A stretch of DNA of 64,000 nt from Octopus sinensis (GCF_006345805.1 NC_043000.1:98890001-98954000), one strand, 5' to 3'; shown: positions 25,540 through 39,562, counted from the stretch's first letter. Made by a program: numbers and translations. Notes: generated from the letters alone by a model not told the origin.

Positions 25540-26699
25540 ATATATGTATGTAAGTATGTATACATGTACACACACACATATATATATATATACATACATA
25601 CAGATAGAGAAACATATAAAGTTTGAATGGGCACAAATACATACACAAGCACACACACACACACACACGTATATATATATGTAACATACGCACTGACATG
25701 TGTGTTAGTGTGTGGGTGTGCTGAGGTTTTTATATAAAACTGATGTTGTGTGAAACAGTGATTGACGAGGCGATGCGATAAATATAGATCTAGAAAATAA
25801 GTATTGGACAGAAATATATACTGCGACAGTTATATTGGATTAAAACCTCTGAAAGCGGGTGTTCTAGCATGACCACTGTCCAATGACTGAAACAATTTAA
25901 AGATTAATGATTTGCGATATAAAAATAAAGTCACTGATTTTGTAGGATTGGAGCAGGAGAATGAATATAAGCCTCAGTATTTGTCTGGTACTATTTTGTG
26001 CCTGTTTCTAATAGAATAAGAAGCAACGTGTACCTCCATTGAAATCTGAACACAGAACATTAACTAAAATACATAACTACTACACAAGTAGCGCATTTCC
26101 CCGCCATACAGCTGATTATACCACTTGCCGCTGTAACACGAAAACAAAATAAGTTCAAAGGAATTCTTTTTAATAGTTTTCTTTGTTTTAATGTTTAACT
26201 TGTTCTTTTTTACATTAATATTATTTTGAGTGTTTTCGTTCTTTTCTTTACTTGAAATGATCGAATAAATAACAAAATAGAATTTCGTTAAATTTTATCA
26301 TATTACCATTTTTTTACGCATTCTCAGTTTTATAAGAAACATTTTAAAATAATGTTTTATAAGCCACATTTTCTGGTAACATTTTGTGCTTGTGTAAAAA
26401 TGTTTGTCAGACATAACAAGCCAAGACTATCTGTATGTCAGCTCACGACGTCATAATCACTTAAAACAATATGCGATATCATTTTTCATGCTACCAAGTC
26501 ATACACGCTTGATAGTAACAATTTTTGTTAAATATATATATATATATATATATATATAAAGGCTACAACAATGCGAACGCATTGTGACCAGCGATGTGTA
26601 ACATCTGATGGCCTGGTCGGTCACGTGATGTCACGTGATATATATATATGTTTATATACACACACACACAATGACCAATAACTGTATTATATATATATC

Positions 26700-27049
26700 G
26701 GGGCAGTTAATGACGATGAAGTTTCCAGTTGATCCGATCAACGGAACAGCCTGTTCGTGAAATTAACATGCAAGTGGCTGAGCACATCACAGACACATGT
26801 ACCCTTAACGTAATTCTCGGAGAGATTCAGCGTGACACGGAGTGTGACAACAGAATCAGGAAGAAAGTGTGAGAGAAAGTTGTGGTGAAAGAGTACAGCA
26901 GGGTTCGCTACCCCCCCCCCACTACTGGATCTTCGTGGAGCTTTAGATGTTTTCGCTCAATAAACACTTAAACACCCGGTTTGGGAATCGAAACCGCGAT
27001 CTTACGACCACGAGTCGGCTGCTGTAACCACTGGGCAATTGCCCCTCCA
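26700..27049 (-). mobile_element. tRNA-derived SINE sharing its head with 56283-56590 but with a different 3' half
   Basis: Minus strand TGGAGGGGCAATTGCCCAGTGGTTACAGCAGCCGACTCGTGGTCG...GTTTCGATTCCC...TTTATTGAGCGAAAACA. Confidence 0.8.
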
Positions 27050-27251
27050 CTATATTATATATATGTTATAAATCATTCATGATAGATTCTTCCTTTATTG
27101 AAATTATCGCCTCTTTCGGATATGGTTTTTGGGAGATAATCTCAAAAATCAACAACTGTCCGAAACTATTCTACCATTAACTGCTGTCAGAAACTGCTGT
27201 CAGACTCGTAACACCTCCCATTTAATTAAAATGTAATCTGAGTAAGTATGT

Positions 27252-27313
<62 letters not shown>

Positions 27314-27329
27314 TGTGTATGTATGTATG

Positions 27330-28147
27330 TATGTATGTATGTATATGATTGTTAATCTTCTGAAATTTTAAGACTGCCCGCTCTGTTTATATATTTCTTT
27401 ATTTATCAATATCTATAAAGCTGAAATGCGAAAAAGTTGTTTGATTTCTTGGTTGTTTGTCTCATTTTGGGATGGGAACGGTTTAAGGGGCAGTAGATGG
27501 GGTCGGATTGGCGCCAAAATTTACACGGGGGGTGGTAAAATGGGGTGGGCAATGGTGTGATGAGGGTTACAAGTAGCTCGAGGCTACCGTTTGGTTGCCA
27601 TGGTAAGGAATATGGGAAAAATTGAGTTTTATGGGATAGACAGGTTGCACTGTTTGAATAATGGTGGCTTTTCGTGTTGCTGCAGAGGCTACAGGCGGTT
27701 ATCTTTAATTGTGGGTGTAAATCTTTGGTGGATTTTGGAATGTGTGGTAAAATTTTCCAACTTTTAAAAAGAGTACATTTTTGCCCTATTTTTAGATTTG
27801 ATTTTTTTCTGTTTGCATTATTTCGTTGACATAGGTAAAAATGGCATTGTGTTAAAGGCCAAAATTTTAGCTTTCATTTGCATCATGAACCGTCAAAATA
27901 TACCAGAAAAAGTATCCAATTTCACAAAATTTTAAGTAATTTTGAATTATTTTTGTGATTTTACGTGCACACGTAAGAGAAAGCGAAGGAGAGTCTGAGA
28001 GAAAGAAAGAGAAAGAGAGTGCGTAAGTGAGAGAAAAAGGAGAGAGAAACAAAGAGGGAGAATGTTGCGATAAGAAACAGAAAGGAAGCAACAGAAAGTA
28101 ACAACCACACCCTCACCCGCGCGTAGAGCGGGTCACCTTAAGCTAGT
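27330..28147 (-). mobile_element. Helentron/DINE-1-like non-autonomous element remnant
   Basis: Minus-strand start ACTAGCTTAAGGTGACCCGCTCTACGCGCGGG (terminal CTAG plus a CCCG..CGGG subterminal hairpin), similar in layout to 39171; left boundary uncertain. Confidence 0.4.
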
Positions 28148-28205
28148 CTTTTATATATTTTGTACATTTAAACTCAAGGTCTTTATCTGTTTATTTGAAT
28201 TATTC

Positions 28206-28239
<34 letters not shown>

Positions 28240-28748
28240 TGTGCGTAACTTTTGGCTTTGAACATGTATGACTGAAAATACTACCGTGGCCTAGTTTCTG
28301 ATTTTTTGCTATGATTTCGTCATACTTTTATAGTGATTTATAGTTCGTTTAAAATATTTGTTTCAAGATTTATTGTAACATTTGACTTCTCGACAGTTTG
28401 CTGTGTTTTGTTTAACGTGAACGAAACAATGAACATAATATTTTTAGGCTGATATCAATCCATCATATAAAAACTGTTGTTTTGCTGCACAACATTAGTT
28501 CCACTACAATTTCGTTAGGACGGGAATCGAGCCAGGAATTCTCCATTATTAAGATCTAAATACGGCGGTGCCCCAGCATGGCCATAGCTCATGAGCTGAA
28601 ACTGGAAAAATCAAAATCAAAATCAAAATCATACGTGTTGTACACTTTACCCTAATGCAAACACAAATTACTAATACACTTCAGATGCATTAAATAATCA
28701 TTAATAATGGGTTGTTAACATAATTGTTTTCATTTTACAAATCAGAAG

Positions 28749-29139
28749 CTCCGTTTTTGAATACATGCCGTTTATATACACTAGAAGTATCCTAACAATT
28801 TTATCTACGGAGATATAGCCCAATATATTTGATAATTTAACGGATATTTTATCACGTTTGGAGCTGAAATTTGTTACAAGTAGCATTTTTTAGTGTGGAC
28901 TTTCAGCAGGCATCAAATGTATTCCCTGCTTCTCTTATTAACTGCTCCTTTTTTGAACACATGCCATTTATATACACTAGAAGGGTCATAACAATTTTAT
29001 CTACGGATATATAGCCAAAATATATGTTGATTTAACGGATATTTTATCACATTTGGTGCTGAAATTGGTTACAAGTGGTATTTTTTAGCGTGGACTTTCT
29101 GCAGGTATCAAATATATTCACTACTTCTCTTATTAACTG
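28749..29139. repeat. Diverged tandem dimer of a ~196-bp unit
   Basis: Units start CTCCGTTTTTGAATACATGCC (28749) and CTCCTTTTTTGAACACATGCC (28945); both end CTTCTCTTATTAACTG. Confidence 0.9.
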
Positions 29140-31414
29140 TTGTTCGTTTTGTGTTTCTTTATCTTTAACGGATAAATTACTTCTCACTATATTGTTTCTA
29201 TTTTCTCAAATACTCATTCTTTGATACATGAGTACGTTGTTCCATCATTGGTAAGCACATTGTTGTTTTGAATAAAGGCGAAGAAGAGGTGAGAAAGGTA
29301 AATCCGGAATGGTAGGTCAGGTGCAAAAAGGAAATAACAGGACGCGATGGGGGTAACGTTTTCATTTATAGAAATAACAGCGAAGTATTCTGGAGAAAAT
29401 AAAAGAGAATAAAGCGCAAACTGATAAAATCTGCTCTAAGTTCTGATAATTATGCCTGCCACTAACGAAAATGAATTTATATGGTTCTTAAGGTGTCAGG
29501 TATTCGTATTTGTACAACTTAATGGTGACAACGTGCATAAAAGTGTTAGAGCCTTGCGTGCAGGAAAGACTAATGTGTTCAGGTAGTTATTAAATACTTT
29601 ACATCAGTACACATAAATGTGAAATGAAACGTGAGTAAATGATACTGCTCTTCATTTTAAATTCGAACTAAGCTTAGAATATATTTCAAGTGACTCGACA
29701 ACCATATTCCGTTATACTGTATAACTAAATGAATGTTAAATAATAAATACACGCCAATATGCATAAATAAACATTTGCAAATGTCTGTTTAATAATGTCC
29801 TTATAATACCGTCTCCGAGAAATTTAAAGACATTTTTTTCGATTCTCTTATTTTCAGAAGCAACATTTTAGGAAAACTTGCTGCATTAAATAAATACTAG
29901 ACAGCAATGAATACTCAAGTGAGTTCTTGAGACTAAATGATATTAACAAAAAATGAAGCAGGCACAAATTTAAAATAATAAATGCATCAAAAACATAGAG
30001 TAGCAAGAGAAAAAAATAATCCCAAAAACTAATGACAAAATGCATGAAGGGTATTGAAATATAAAAGAACGTCACTCCAAGCTCATAAAAATGAGTTCAA
30101 GAAAAAGTACAGTTTAAACTATCACAGAAATGAAAAATATCATCTATGACAATGTATCACAATACATATGTATCTAAAGTTCAGATAATTTTCTTCAATG
30201 GATATATTATTCAAGAATATAAACAGTCGAACATTAAATTGGTATTTTCAGTAGTTTTCCGAAGAACGTATGCGTAAATACATACATAATACATACACAC
30301 ACACACGCACTCACACACATAAGCGCACGCACGCACACGCACGCACACGCACACACACTCATTTTCACACAAATATTAATAGTTTTTAATAGGATTATTT
30401 TATTGCATCCTTTCACTATAGTCGCAGCTGAATATATTTTGTTTAATGCTGTCATTATTAATATTCTTGCCTGTTTTCATTACATCTGTCAGAGCCATAT
30501 GATTATTGTCTAATCTTACGTTTTCTGCGGAAGAGACGCGTTCCATTGTTAAGGTAGTCCATCTTATGCCAGTGCCCTGTTAAAGGGGAGCCCTTCATGT
30601 TGTGGCTATTTTAGCGCAGACATGCAGTGAGACAGCCCTACATGCTGAATTTCCTGGACAGTGAAGATTTGTGGTTTCGTTCATGAGCACATGTTCCAGC
30701 AGCACATTTCTTTGACAAACCTGCAGTCTTGGGTGAAGAAATGACTAAGTTTGACTGCTTGACATCCAGAATGTCACTACATACTCACTGCTGTTTACCA
30801 GTCGGAAAATGTTGGCAGTGGAAATTACACTTTAGCAAAATATAGAAGACTACAGCTGGGGAAATGTCTGCACATTCACAGAGAATTTCTAGAGACCTAC
30901 GAGGACGAACTGGCTATTCAGTTCGGAGGACTTTTGCCCCAATCAAAACTATGGGCCTGAAGTACTATTGGAAAGTTATCACTTCATTAACATCACTCTC
31001 TTTAGTATGTGAGCTATCCCAAATGATGTTATGTTCTGGACTACATAAATATCAATGCCTCCTAGGATACGGCTAGTAAACTTTTGCATTCTCTTGTTGA
31101 TGCGTCCTACAGGTCCCACATTCCACATCCCGTTTATTTTACTTTCTAGCCTTCGTACTTGGTTTTCTTTTCTATAACTTTCATGGAATGTACTGCAATG
31201 TCGGCAAGTACACAATTCTTGTCCTTGCTCTTGATAAAAATGCCAGTCTTATTTTTCCTTTATTTCCATTCAGTGTGAGTGAATGGTGATATAAATGTTA
31301 TCAATGAACGTATTTGGTTTATTTTCACGCCATTTTTCAGCTGCCTTGATTTTGTAACGCCATTATATTTGCAAATTCTGATACGCCGCTGAGTTTCTTA
31401 TGCCTGCGGAAGTA

Positions 31415-31760
31415 TCCGTCTCTTTGTTTTTTTCTAGTTTCAGGTATCGAGACAGAACGTACTCAATCATTTCTTCATATTTTCCACAGATCCTGCATCG
31501 TGGATCTGTGGCATCCTAGTTCATTTTGAAATGAACTAGGAGAGAGGCTCTGATCTTGTGCCAATAGCTTCCAACTCTTCTTTCAAATCAGTACTCTTAA
31601 GTCACTGGTATGTTTTTATTGTTGAGATCAATCATAGTATTTCACATTCTACTTCACTCACTTGGCAAAAATGGCAGGCGCTTCGTTTTCAGTTCGTGAG
31701 GTTTCTGTTGCTTTCTTGATGGAGTATTTCGGAACGTTATAGGATTCAGAGAAATGCATC
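31415..31760 (-). pseudogene. Decayed R4/Dong-like fragment (zinc-knuckle region)
   Basis: Minus-strand translations LKSTDLKEE, AQDQSL and TDPRCRICGKYEEMIEYVLS match the AQDQSLPT...CRICGDGKETINH segment at 52.7 kb. Confidence 0.75.
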
Positions 31761-31790
31761 TTTAGCTATTGTCACCAATATATAACGCAA

Positions 31791-32250
31791 TAGGAGGAGG
31801 AGGAGGAGGAGAAGAAGAAGAAGAAGAAGGACGAGGAGGGGGGAGGAGGTAGGGTAGGGTACTTGAGGTGGGGAAGGGAGAGGAGGACGAGTGTGAGAGG
31901 GGGAGGACAAGGAGGAAACGGGGAAGAAGAAGAAGAGGAAGAGGAAGGAGGGGAGGAGGGTGGGTAGGGTATGGGGATATGAGATGAGGAGGGGGCGGAG
32001 GACGAGGTTGAGAGGGAGGTTGACGGGGAGGAGAGGTAGGAGGACGATGAGGTGAACGAGGAGAACGAGGAGTCGAACGAGGCGGAGGAAGAGGGGAAGA
32101 AGAAGAAGGAGAAAAGGAGGAGAAGAAGAAGAAGAAGAAGAAGAAGAAGAAGAAGAAGAAGAAGAAGAAGAAGAAGAAGAAGAAGAAGAAGAAAGAGGTG
32201 AAGAAAGAGTAGGAAAAGCAAAGAAAAAGAAAAAGGAGGAGCAGAAGGAG
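31791..32250. repeat. Purine-rich low-complexity tract (GGA/GAA repeats)
   Basis: Direct reading; (GAA)n at about 32125-32192. Confidence 0.9.
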
Positions 32251-32366
32251 GAAAATGCTCTTTCAGTTCTAAATTGAAATAATGCCAGAATCGATATTAC
32301 CCTTCCTTTCATGGATATTAAAATAAGTAACACTCGAGATTTACAACAATACATGCATCATCACCA

Positions 32367-32417
<51 letters not shown>

Positions 32418-32843
32418 GTAGTAGTAGTAGTAGTAGTAGTAGTAAGTTAAAACATCAAATACTCAACTTTATAAATTGTAAATGTGAAGACAATTTGAAA
32501 TACAAGATAACTTAATTTATCGATATAAAGCAGTACCAGCTGCGGTTTAAATATTTTTATTAAAATAATATTTTTTTTTACAAGCTGATGTGATTAAATG
32601 CGTTACTGTCTGATTTTATAATATTTGTTGACGCCGTTTTCTATAATGTAACCAATTTTTCCGGATGTGTCACAGACGACTCTCCGTACGTTTGTGTTTG
32701 TACTTTCAGTCTATTTTATGGAATTTTCCGGTCTTTTATACGAAGCGAAACGTAGTTCAATTCACGAAAGAATATAATTGCATAATTTAATCTCATGCAC
32801 TTACACACACACTCGTGCACACAAACATAGTTCTACATATGTG

Positions 32844-32895
<52 letters not shown>

Positions 32896-33428
32896 GTATA
32901 TATAATGATTACACACACACACGCGCATATATATGTAGATTATATAAATACATTTGTGCGCACTCGCATGTGTAAGTGTAAATTTGTTTATTGTTTTATC
33001 TTGTGTATTCTAATCAGTGTGGCTTTTGTTATGCGTATTAGTGCATCTTCCAGATGTATTTTTTCATTATATATATATATATATATATATATACATTAAT
33101 AAATTAGGAGAACAGAGATTTACATACCCGGATCCGGGTTTTATTAATCACATTTTCCATGCCAGGACCTACACGTGCTTCCACTGCAAATCAGTGCAAA
33201 ATGCAAATTTAGCATCTTGATGTTCATTTTGTTGGAAATTTACTGATGCCGCTACGTCGCTACAATTTAACAGCATTTCATATACCATTTGAACGAAGTA
33301 CTAGTCCATATAAAAATTGTTCATACATGTGTTGTTAGTGTTCCTATATATATATATATATATTATATATATATATTAAATTAGAGATAAAACCACTATT
33401 AGGCAAATCAAACAGTGATTTATTATTC

Positions 33429-33473
<45 letters not shown>

Positions 33474-33475
33474 CA

Positions 33476-33516
<41 letters not shown>

Positions 33517-33541
33517 TATATATATTATATATACATAATAC

Positions 33542-33788
33542 ATATATGGGGACAGGACATCACCAACGGTGCAAATAACATAAGATCCGTAAACAACGAG
33601 AAAGTATGGAAAACAGGAGAAGTTAACACGTTAACATAGAAAAAGGACCCTTCATCAGTTGTCGGCTTTCCAATCAACGACGATATGAGAATGCAAAGAC
33701 AGTTTCTCCGATAAATTTTTAAATAAAATTTAAAATTTATAGAGGCTCATGCCATTTGCACCGGTGGTGACATCCTGTATCCATATAT
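33542..33788. mobile_element. 247-bp unit with 35-bp imperfect inverted termini, inserted in (TA)n
   Basis: ATATATGGGGACAGGACATCACCAACGGTGCAAAT vs reverse complement ATATATGGATACAGGATGTCACCACCGGTGCAAAT (5 mismatches). Confidence 0.65.
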
Positions 33789-33889
33789 GCTTGTATATAT
33801 ATATATATATACAAGCAGGTGGTGCTATTAAGTTAGACATGGCCTGGGCCAATAATGCCGAAACCTATCAAAGTATCAAAGTATCAAAG

Positions 33890-33917
<28 letters not shown>

Positions 33918-33920
<3 letters not shown>

Positions 33921-34059
33921 ATACAAATAAGAAAATGGAGAAACAAATTTAGTTTGTTCATCAACTTTCGGATATTAGAATATTGGAAATCCAACATTCT
34001 AATATCCGAAAGTTGATGAATAAACTAAATTTGTTTCTCCATTTTCTTATTTGTATTAT
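33918..34059. repeat. Hairpin with 70-bp arms and a 2-nt spacer
   Basis: 33918-33987 pairs with 33990-34059; two transition mismatches. Confidence 0.92.
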
Positions 34060-34599
34060 AAATTTACGGTAAAAATATTTCTTTACCTTCACCCGTTTAA
34101 TAAAATAAATGAGTTAATTGCATTGCAATTAAAAACATTTATGTATTAAGAATCTGGGTACTTTACCGACAGTATATTGGATAAATACTATCCCATAGTG
34201 GGCTTTTGTTTTTATGTTTTCGTTTCTCATTGTGTTTGACGTTTGTTTTTAGTCCTGTACCCATATATGCATGTGTATATACATATAGATGTAGGTACGT
34301 ACATATATGTATGTATATATGCATATGTTTATTTATTATTTTGTTATTATATGATCGACACTACGCATCCACTTCCAAGTAAGTTTTATCTTAACAATAA
34401 TAATGCGCACTTTTAACCCTAGTGTCCCTCTACCTCTCTCATTCTTCATTCTTTCTGGTTTTCTCTACCACCCTTCCCTATTTTTCTAACCTTACTGTCC
34501 CTCTCTCTCTCCCATTCTTCATTCTTTCTTGGTTTTTCTACCACCCTTCCTTATTTTCTCTCCCTTTCACCGTTCCGTTTCTCTTACTCCTCCTCCTCC

Positions 34600-34722
34600 C
34601 TCTCGTCGCTGACAAGTAACCAGAATAAGCCCCGGGGTCGAGTTGCTCGATTAAAGGCGGTGCTCCAGCATAGCCGCAGTCAAATGACTGAAACAAGTAA
34701 AAGAGTAAAAAGAGTAAAAGAG
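34600..34722 (+). mobile_element. 3' tail of a CORE-like SINE
   Basis: GGGGTCGAGTTGCTCGATTAAAGGCGGTGCTCCAGCATAGCCGCAGTCAAATGACTGAAACAAGTAAAAGAG. Confidence 0.85.
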
Positions 34723-34738
34723 TATACATATATATATA

Positions 34739-34784
<46 letters not shown>

Positions 34785-35301
34785 GTATATATATATGTAT
34801 GTATGTATATACATACATATATATGCATGTATATATATATGAGGTTTTCCTAGGGCAACTCCAAGAATTTGATTGATCACATCGACCCCATTACATTTTT
34901 AGTCTGCTACATATTTTGTAGAAATTTATTTCTCAAGCTATTCAGTTTCGGCATATGAAACATGTGACTTGTGCTCTATGAAACTGGATTTAGAATAATT
35001 TCAATATAAATACAAACATTCTGTGGCTTCCAAAGTCTTCTAACTATTGTCTGCTTTCTTTACTTGGTGCTAATGATAGCCAAGTAGCTGAAAATACATT
35101 CATCTGTCTAGAAAGAGCGCCAAGAGATGATTGTTATGGCTGCAATATTGTTGCCTAAAGAGAGGAATCGAAGCTCAATCTTACGATCATGAGAGTGGTA
35201 CTCAAAATCAACATGCGACGCGCCACGACTACGTATACATACATACACAAAAACACACCTACACACATATACATATGTATATATATGTGTGTGTATGCAT
35301 G

Positions 35302-35347
<46 letters not shown>

Positions 35348-35882
35348 TGTAGATAGATAGATAGATACATAAATAGATAGATAGATAGATATATAGATAG
35401 ATAGATAGATAGATAGACAGATAGATAGATAGATAGATAGATAGTTAGACAGATAGATAGATAGATTGATAGATAGAGAGATATACATATCTATTTACAC
35501 ACACGCACGAGCAACGATAAATTCTATATAGGATTTTATCAAGTAGCTAGAAACCAATTAAGGTAAAAATTAATACAAAGAATATAATTATTCATAACTT
35601 ACGCATAGGCTGGAAGCGAGGGAATGAACAAAAGAGATTTTTTGAATAAAAGTGTTCCCTTAGATCGATTCCTGGTTTAGTAATATAATGCCACTTTACC
35701 CTCCTCAGTATGATATAACCAAAAGTACATACTTATAAACATTTATACATACCATACGAACACACCGTATCCATATGATAAATAAAGTAGTTTTAAAGCC
35801 CTTTGCCATCCTTTAGCATGTGGCATTAGTTGGCAGTTGCCCTTATTATATTTATATAAATATATTTATAAAATTATATACT

Positions 35883-35921
<39 letters not shown>

Positions 35922-36205
35922 ATATATATAATAATATATATATTATATTATATATATATATATATATATGCCAATTGATAAGGCGAGCTGAGTTTAACCC
36001 TAGGTACGTTGAGGGACACTGACTAGCATGAAAATGTTAAAAACATCAATATCCGCTGCTGTAGGGAGCTTGCCTCCCTTGTCAATCATTGAGATAGCGC
36101 TTGCTGTGACTGTTGATTTGTTTTGACACTGTTTCTAACAATACTCGTCCTGACTAGTGACCTTTGTCAATTTAATGGCGTCTATATATGCATATATATA
36201 TATGC

Positions 36206-36304
<99 letters not shown>

Positions 36305-37818
36305 CGTGTGTATGTGTGTGTGTGTAGCTATATAAATGTATGTATGTACGAATATAAATATATATATATATATAATGTATATAAATCGAACTTTGAACGA
36401 TTAATGTCGTAGTGAATTTGCTTGAAAAATAAAAGAATTCATTTGTGTGCATGTGTTTGTATGTGTGTTTCTCTGCATATGTGAATGTACCTATGTGTTT
36501 GTATGTGTGTATGTATTTATGCATGATTTTAAATTGTATGTGGTAGTGAAGCTCTGATTCGGAGTTCCAGTGTTTGCAGGAGTGCGGAAAAACCTCTTGG
36601 CCACTATTGTCGGTCCCCAGGTCAACTCTGGCAAGTAGTAGTAATGCTTTTCTGGATCCAAGCTATGGGTTAACTAGTAAATGTGTTGATATTTCATGGA
36701 CTCATTTGCTTGGTGTTAGGGCGCGCTGTAAAAACCACAGCCAACCAAGCACCCCTAGGGACACTCACGGGATTAGTGGACATTTTCCTTCGGCCTGTCA
36801 CAAGATATCAATCAGGAGATTCAGCGATTAGTAGTCATGTTGTACAAGCGTTTATCAGATCGAATTTGGAGATAGACTTAATCCGTTGTCAGGTTTAATC
36901 TGAGTTCTTGACAGTCTTTGGCCGAGTTTCCACACTGCTAGTAGCATTTGGGTCGGGTCTCCTGTTTAAGAATAACTTTCCCCCAAGCCTTACTATCAAT
37001 AATAGTCACCATATGACGTATGCTCGATTATGGATACTCTCAAATATGGATGTGTACAGTGTTTCATTCAATGAAACTCTGTACCGTTAATCTAAATCGA
37101 TCTAATAAGCGATGAATTTATAAGTAACACACTAAGCTAAAAGCTTAACTGATGAAGTATAAAGCCTACGGCCAAGAATTGCAGTTCCGGCGGCAATATC
37201 TGGTGCAATCTGACATATAGACACGAACATACATATATACAAAAGCACACATGTACGTACACATGCAGGCACACATGCACTTATATACACGCATACACAC
37301 GCTCACACAAACACACCTACGCGCAAATATATACACGATCGTCTAAAAATCACTTCGATGTCAGCTTATCAGTAAACGTCTTAAAGTTCAAATGTTCATG
37401 CGACGCATTTAAAATTTTATTTTGCTTATCATCGTGATCATGGCCATGATCAACATTATTATTATTGAATGCGAAATGCTGGCATGAATCAAAAACATAA
37501 CTATTTAGTCTTAGAACTTAAAAGATTTTTCTTTCTGTATGAACGTTTATTTGTGTGTCTCATAGTTGTAAACTTCAGTAACGACTTATAGAAATAATGT
37601 GTAAAGAGAATGATGATATGTTACGACTTCGTTTCTATGTTTAGCTCTTAAAAGGCCAAATCCATTTATTGAAAACTGAGTTCTTAGTTGAAGTCGAACG
37701 AGATATATTTTTGGATTAAGTTTTATTAATGTTTTTTATGTTAATGTCGAACTGTTTCATTGAACAAATAAGTTAGGCATACAGCTGTGCAGAACAAAAT
37801 TATGAAGACATACATACA

Positions 37819-38068
<250 letters not shown>

Positions 38069-38239
38069 CTTGCTATCTGTTTGTCTGTCTACAAACATTT
38101 ATACATAGTCCGTACATTTTCTCTGAATATATATATGATATAAACCCAATCTCGCAAAACAGATGCACACTCATATGCATAGTATGTGTTGCGAGTATGT
38201 GCGCGTCTATGTACGTTCCATATATATCTACAGAGAAAA

Positions 38240-38654
38240 GGCGGCGAGCTGGCAGAAACGTTAGCATGCCGGTCGAAATGCTTAGCGGCATTTCGTCTGC
38301 TGTTACGTTCTGAGTTCAAATTCCGCCAAGGTCGACTTTGCCTTTCATCCTTTCGGGGTCGATAAATAAAGTACCAGTTACGCACTGGGGCCGATGTAAT
38401 TGACTTAATCCGTTTGTCTGTCCTTGTTTGTCTTCTTTGTGTTTAGCTCCTTGTGCGTAGTAAAGAAATAGGTATTTCGTCTGTCGTTACGTTCTTAGTT
38501 CAAATTCCGCCGAGATCGACTTTGTCTTTCATCCTTTCGGGGTCAATAAATTAAGTACCAGTTTCGCACTGGTGTCGATATAATCGACTTAATCCCTTTG
38601 TCTATCCTTGTTTGTTCCCTCTATGTTTAGCCTCTTGTGGGTAGTACAGAAATA
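38240..38654 (+). mobile_element. Meta-like tRNA SINE with a tandemly repeated body
   Basis: Head GGCGGCGAGCTGGCAGAAACGTTAGC; the block TTCAAATTCCGCC...CTTTCATCCTTTCGGGGTC occurs twice, with the junction GTAGTAAAGAAATAGGTATTTCG at about 38457-38479. Confidence 0.88.
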
Positions 38655-39140
38655 TATATATATGTACAGAGAGGTGGGGGCTATGATAACTGCACCTTTG
38701 CACATATCCTACACCTTCTCTCCATAAATAAAGAAGTACGCACACTCATATAAATATATACAGTATACGCGTATGTGTGTGTTTGTGTGTATTGTGTGTG
38801 TGTGTGTGTGTGTGTGTGGGTGACTTAATTAATTTTTTGTCAAGGGAACAAATCCTGTGTTGAAGAGAAAGCAGAATTCGAGTGTTTATAGCTGTAATGT
38901 TGCGGACGTAATTTTTCTTTTTTATTCTTTTTCTGGATACTGGGAAAAGAGGCGGAAAGACCAAGGGAAAATGGGAAACGAAGAAAGTAAAGTGGAGAAA
39001 AGTAACTTAAGCGAGAAGAACCATAGGTTGTCTGACCGTATACACACACTCATATACATGATGCACACACATATAGACACATATATAAACATATACACAT
39101 GTATATACGTATTTATGAATAAGTATATATATATATATAT

Positions 39141-39170
<30 letters not shown>

Positions 39171-39171
<1 letters not shown>

Positions 39172-39562
39172 CTAGCAGTATCACCCGGTGTTGCTTGGGT
39201 TTGTTTCGACCCTTTAGAATTGGAATTTTGAAAAAGTAAAAATTTTGCATTATGCAACTTGTTATTCTCTTCACATGAACATTTTTCCAGTTGAAATACG
39301 CCGAAAAATGGTGACACAGCAGTCAAAAATCGTAAAAAATAAGGATTTTCATAGAAAAAAAGCACCTTTTTGATGTAAATAATTTTTGGTGTTAACATGG
39401 CCCGATTTGAATTTTATCTTCTACAGAATGAAGAGCAAGCCTTCTTCTATCATACACTCAATTTTGGTCAACTTGCGCTGCAGGGTCTCGAAGGAGATAG
39501 TGTTAGTTGAAGGCTACCAAACCTGCCACACACAGACAACTTCAGCTTTATATATATAGATT
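39171..39562 (+). mobile_element. Helentron/DINE-1-like non-autonomous element
   Basis: 5' ACTAGCAGTATCACCCGGTGTTGCTTGGGT; 3' CACACAGACAAC...TTTATATATATAGAT; similar 3' ends recur at about 39610-39681 and 40200-40268. Confidence 0.6.

Noticed and set aside
30480-31200. Possible Helitron Rep motif (RGALHV)
   Set aside because: Preceded by a stop, lacks the HxH motif and other Rep motifs; too weak.
31746-32354. 202-aa Ser/Leu/Pro-rich ORF
   Set aside because: It is the reverse complement of a GGA/GAA low-complexity tract, with no recognisable domain.
33640-33670. CTGATGA half-core on the minus strand
   Set aside because: No GAAA or closing stem II follows, so it is not called as a ribozyme; noted only as a possible relic.
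36550-37110. Complex moderate-GC segment with three short ORFs
   Set aside because: Non-ATG starts and no motif I can name; left unannotated.
37149-37175. CTGATGAAG motif
   Set aside because: No stem II, GAAA or stem I complement nearby; a chance match.
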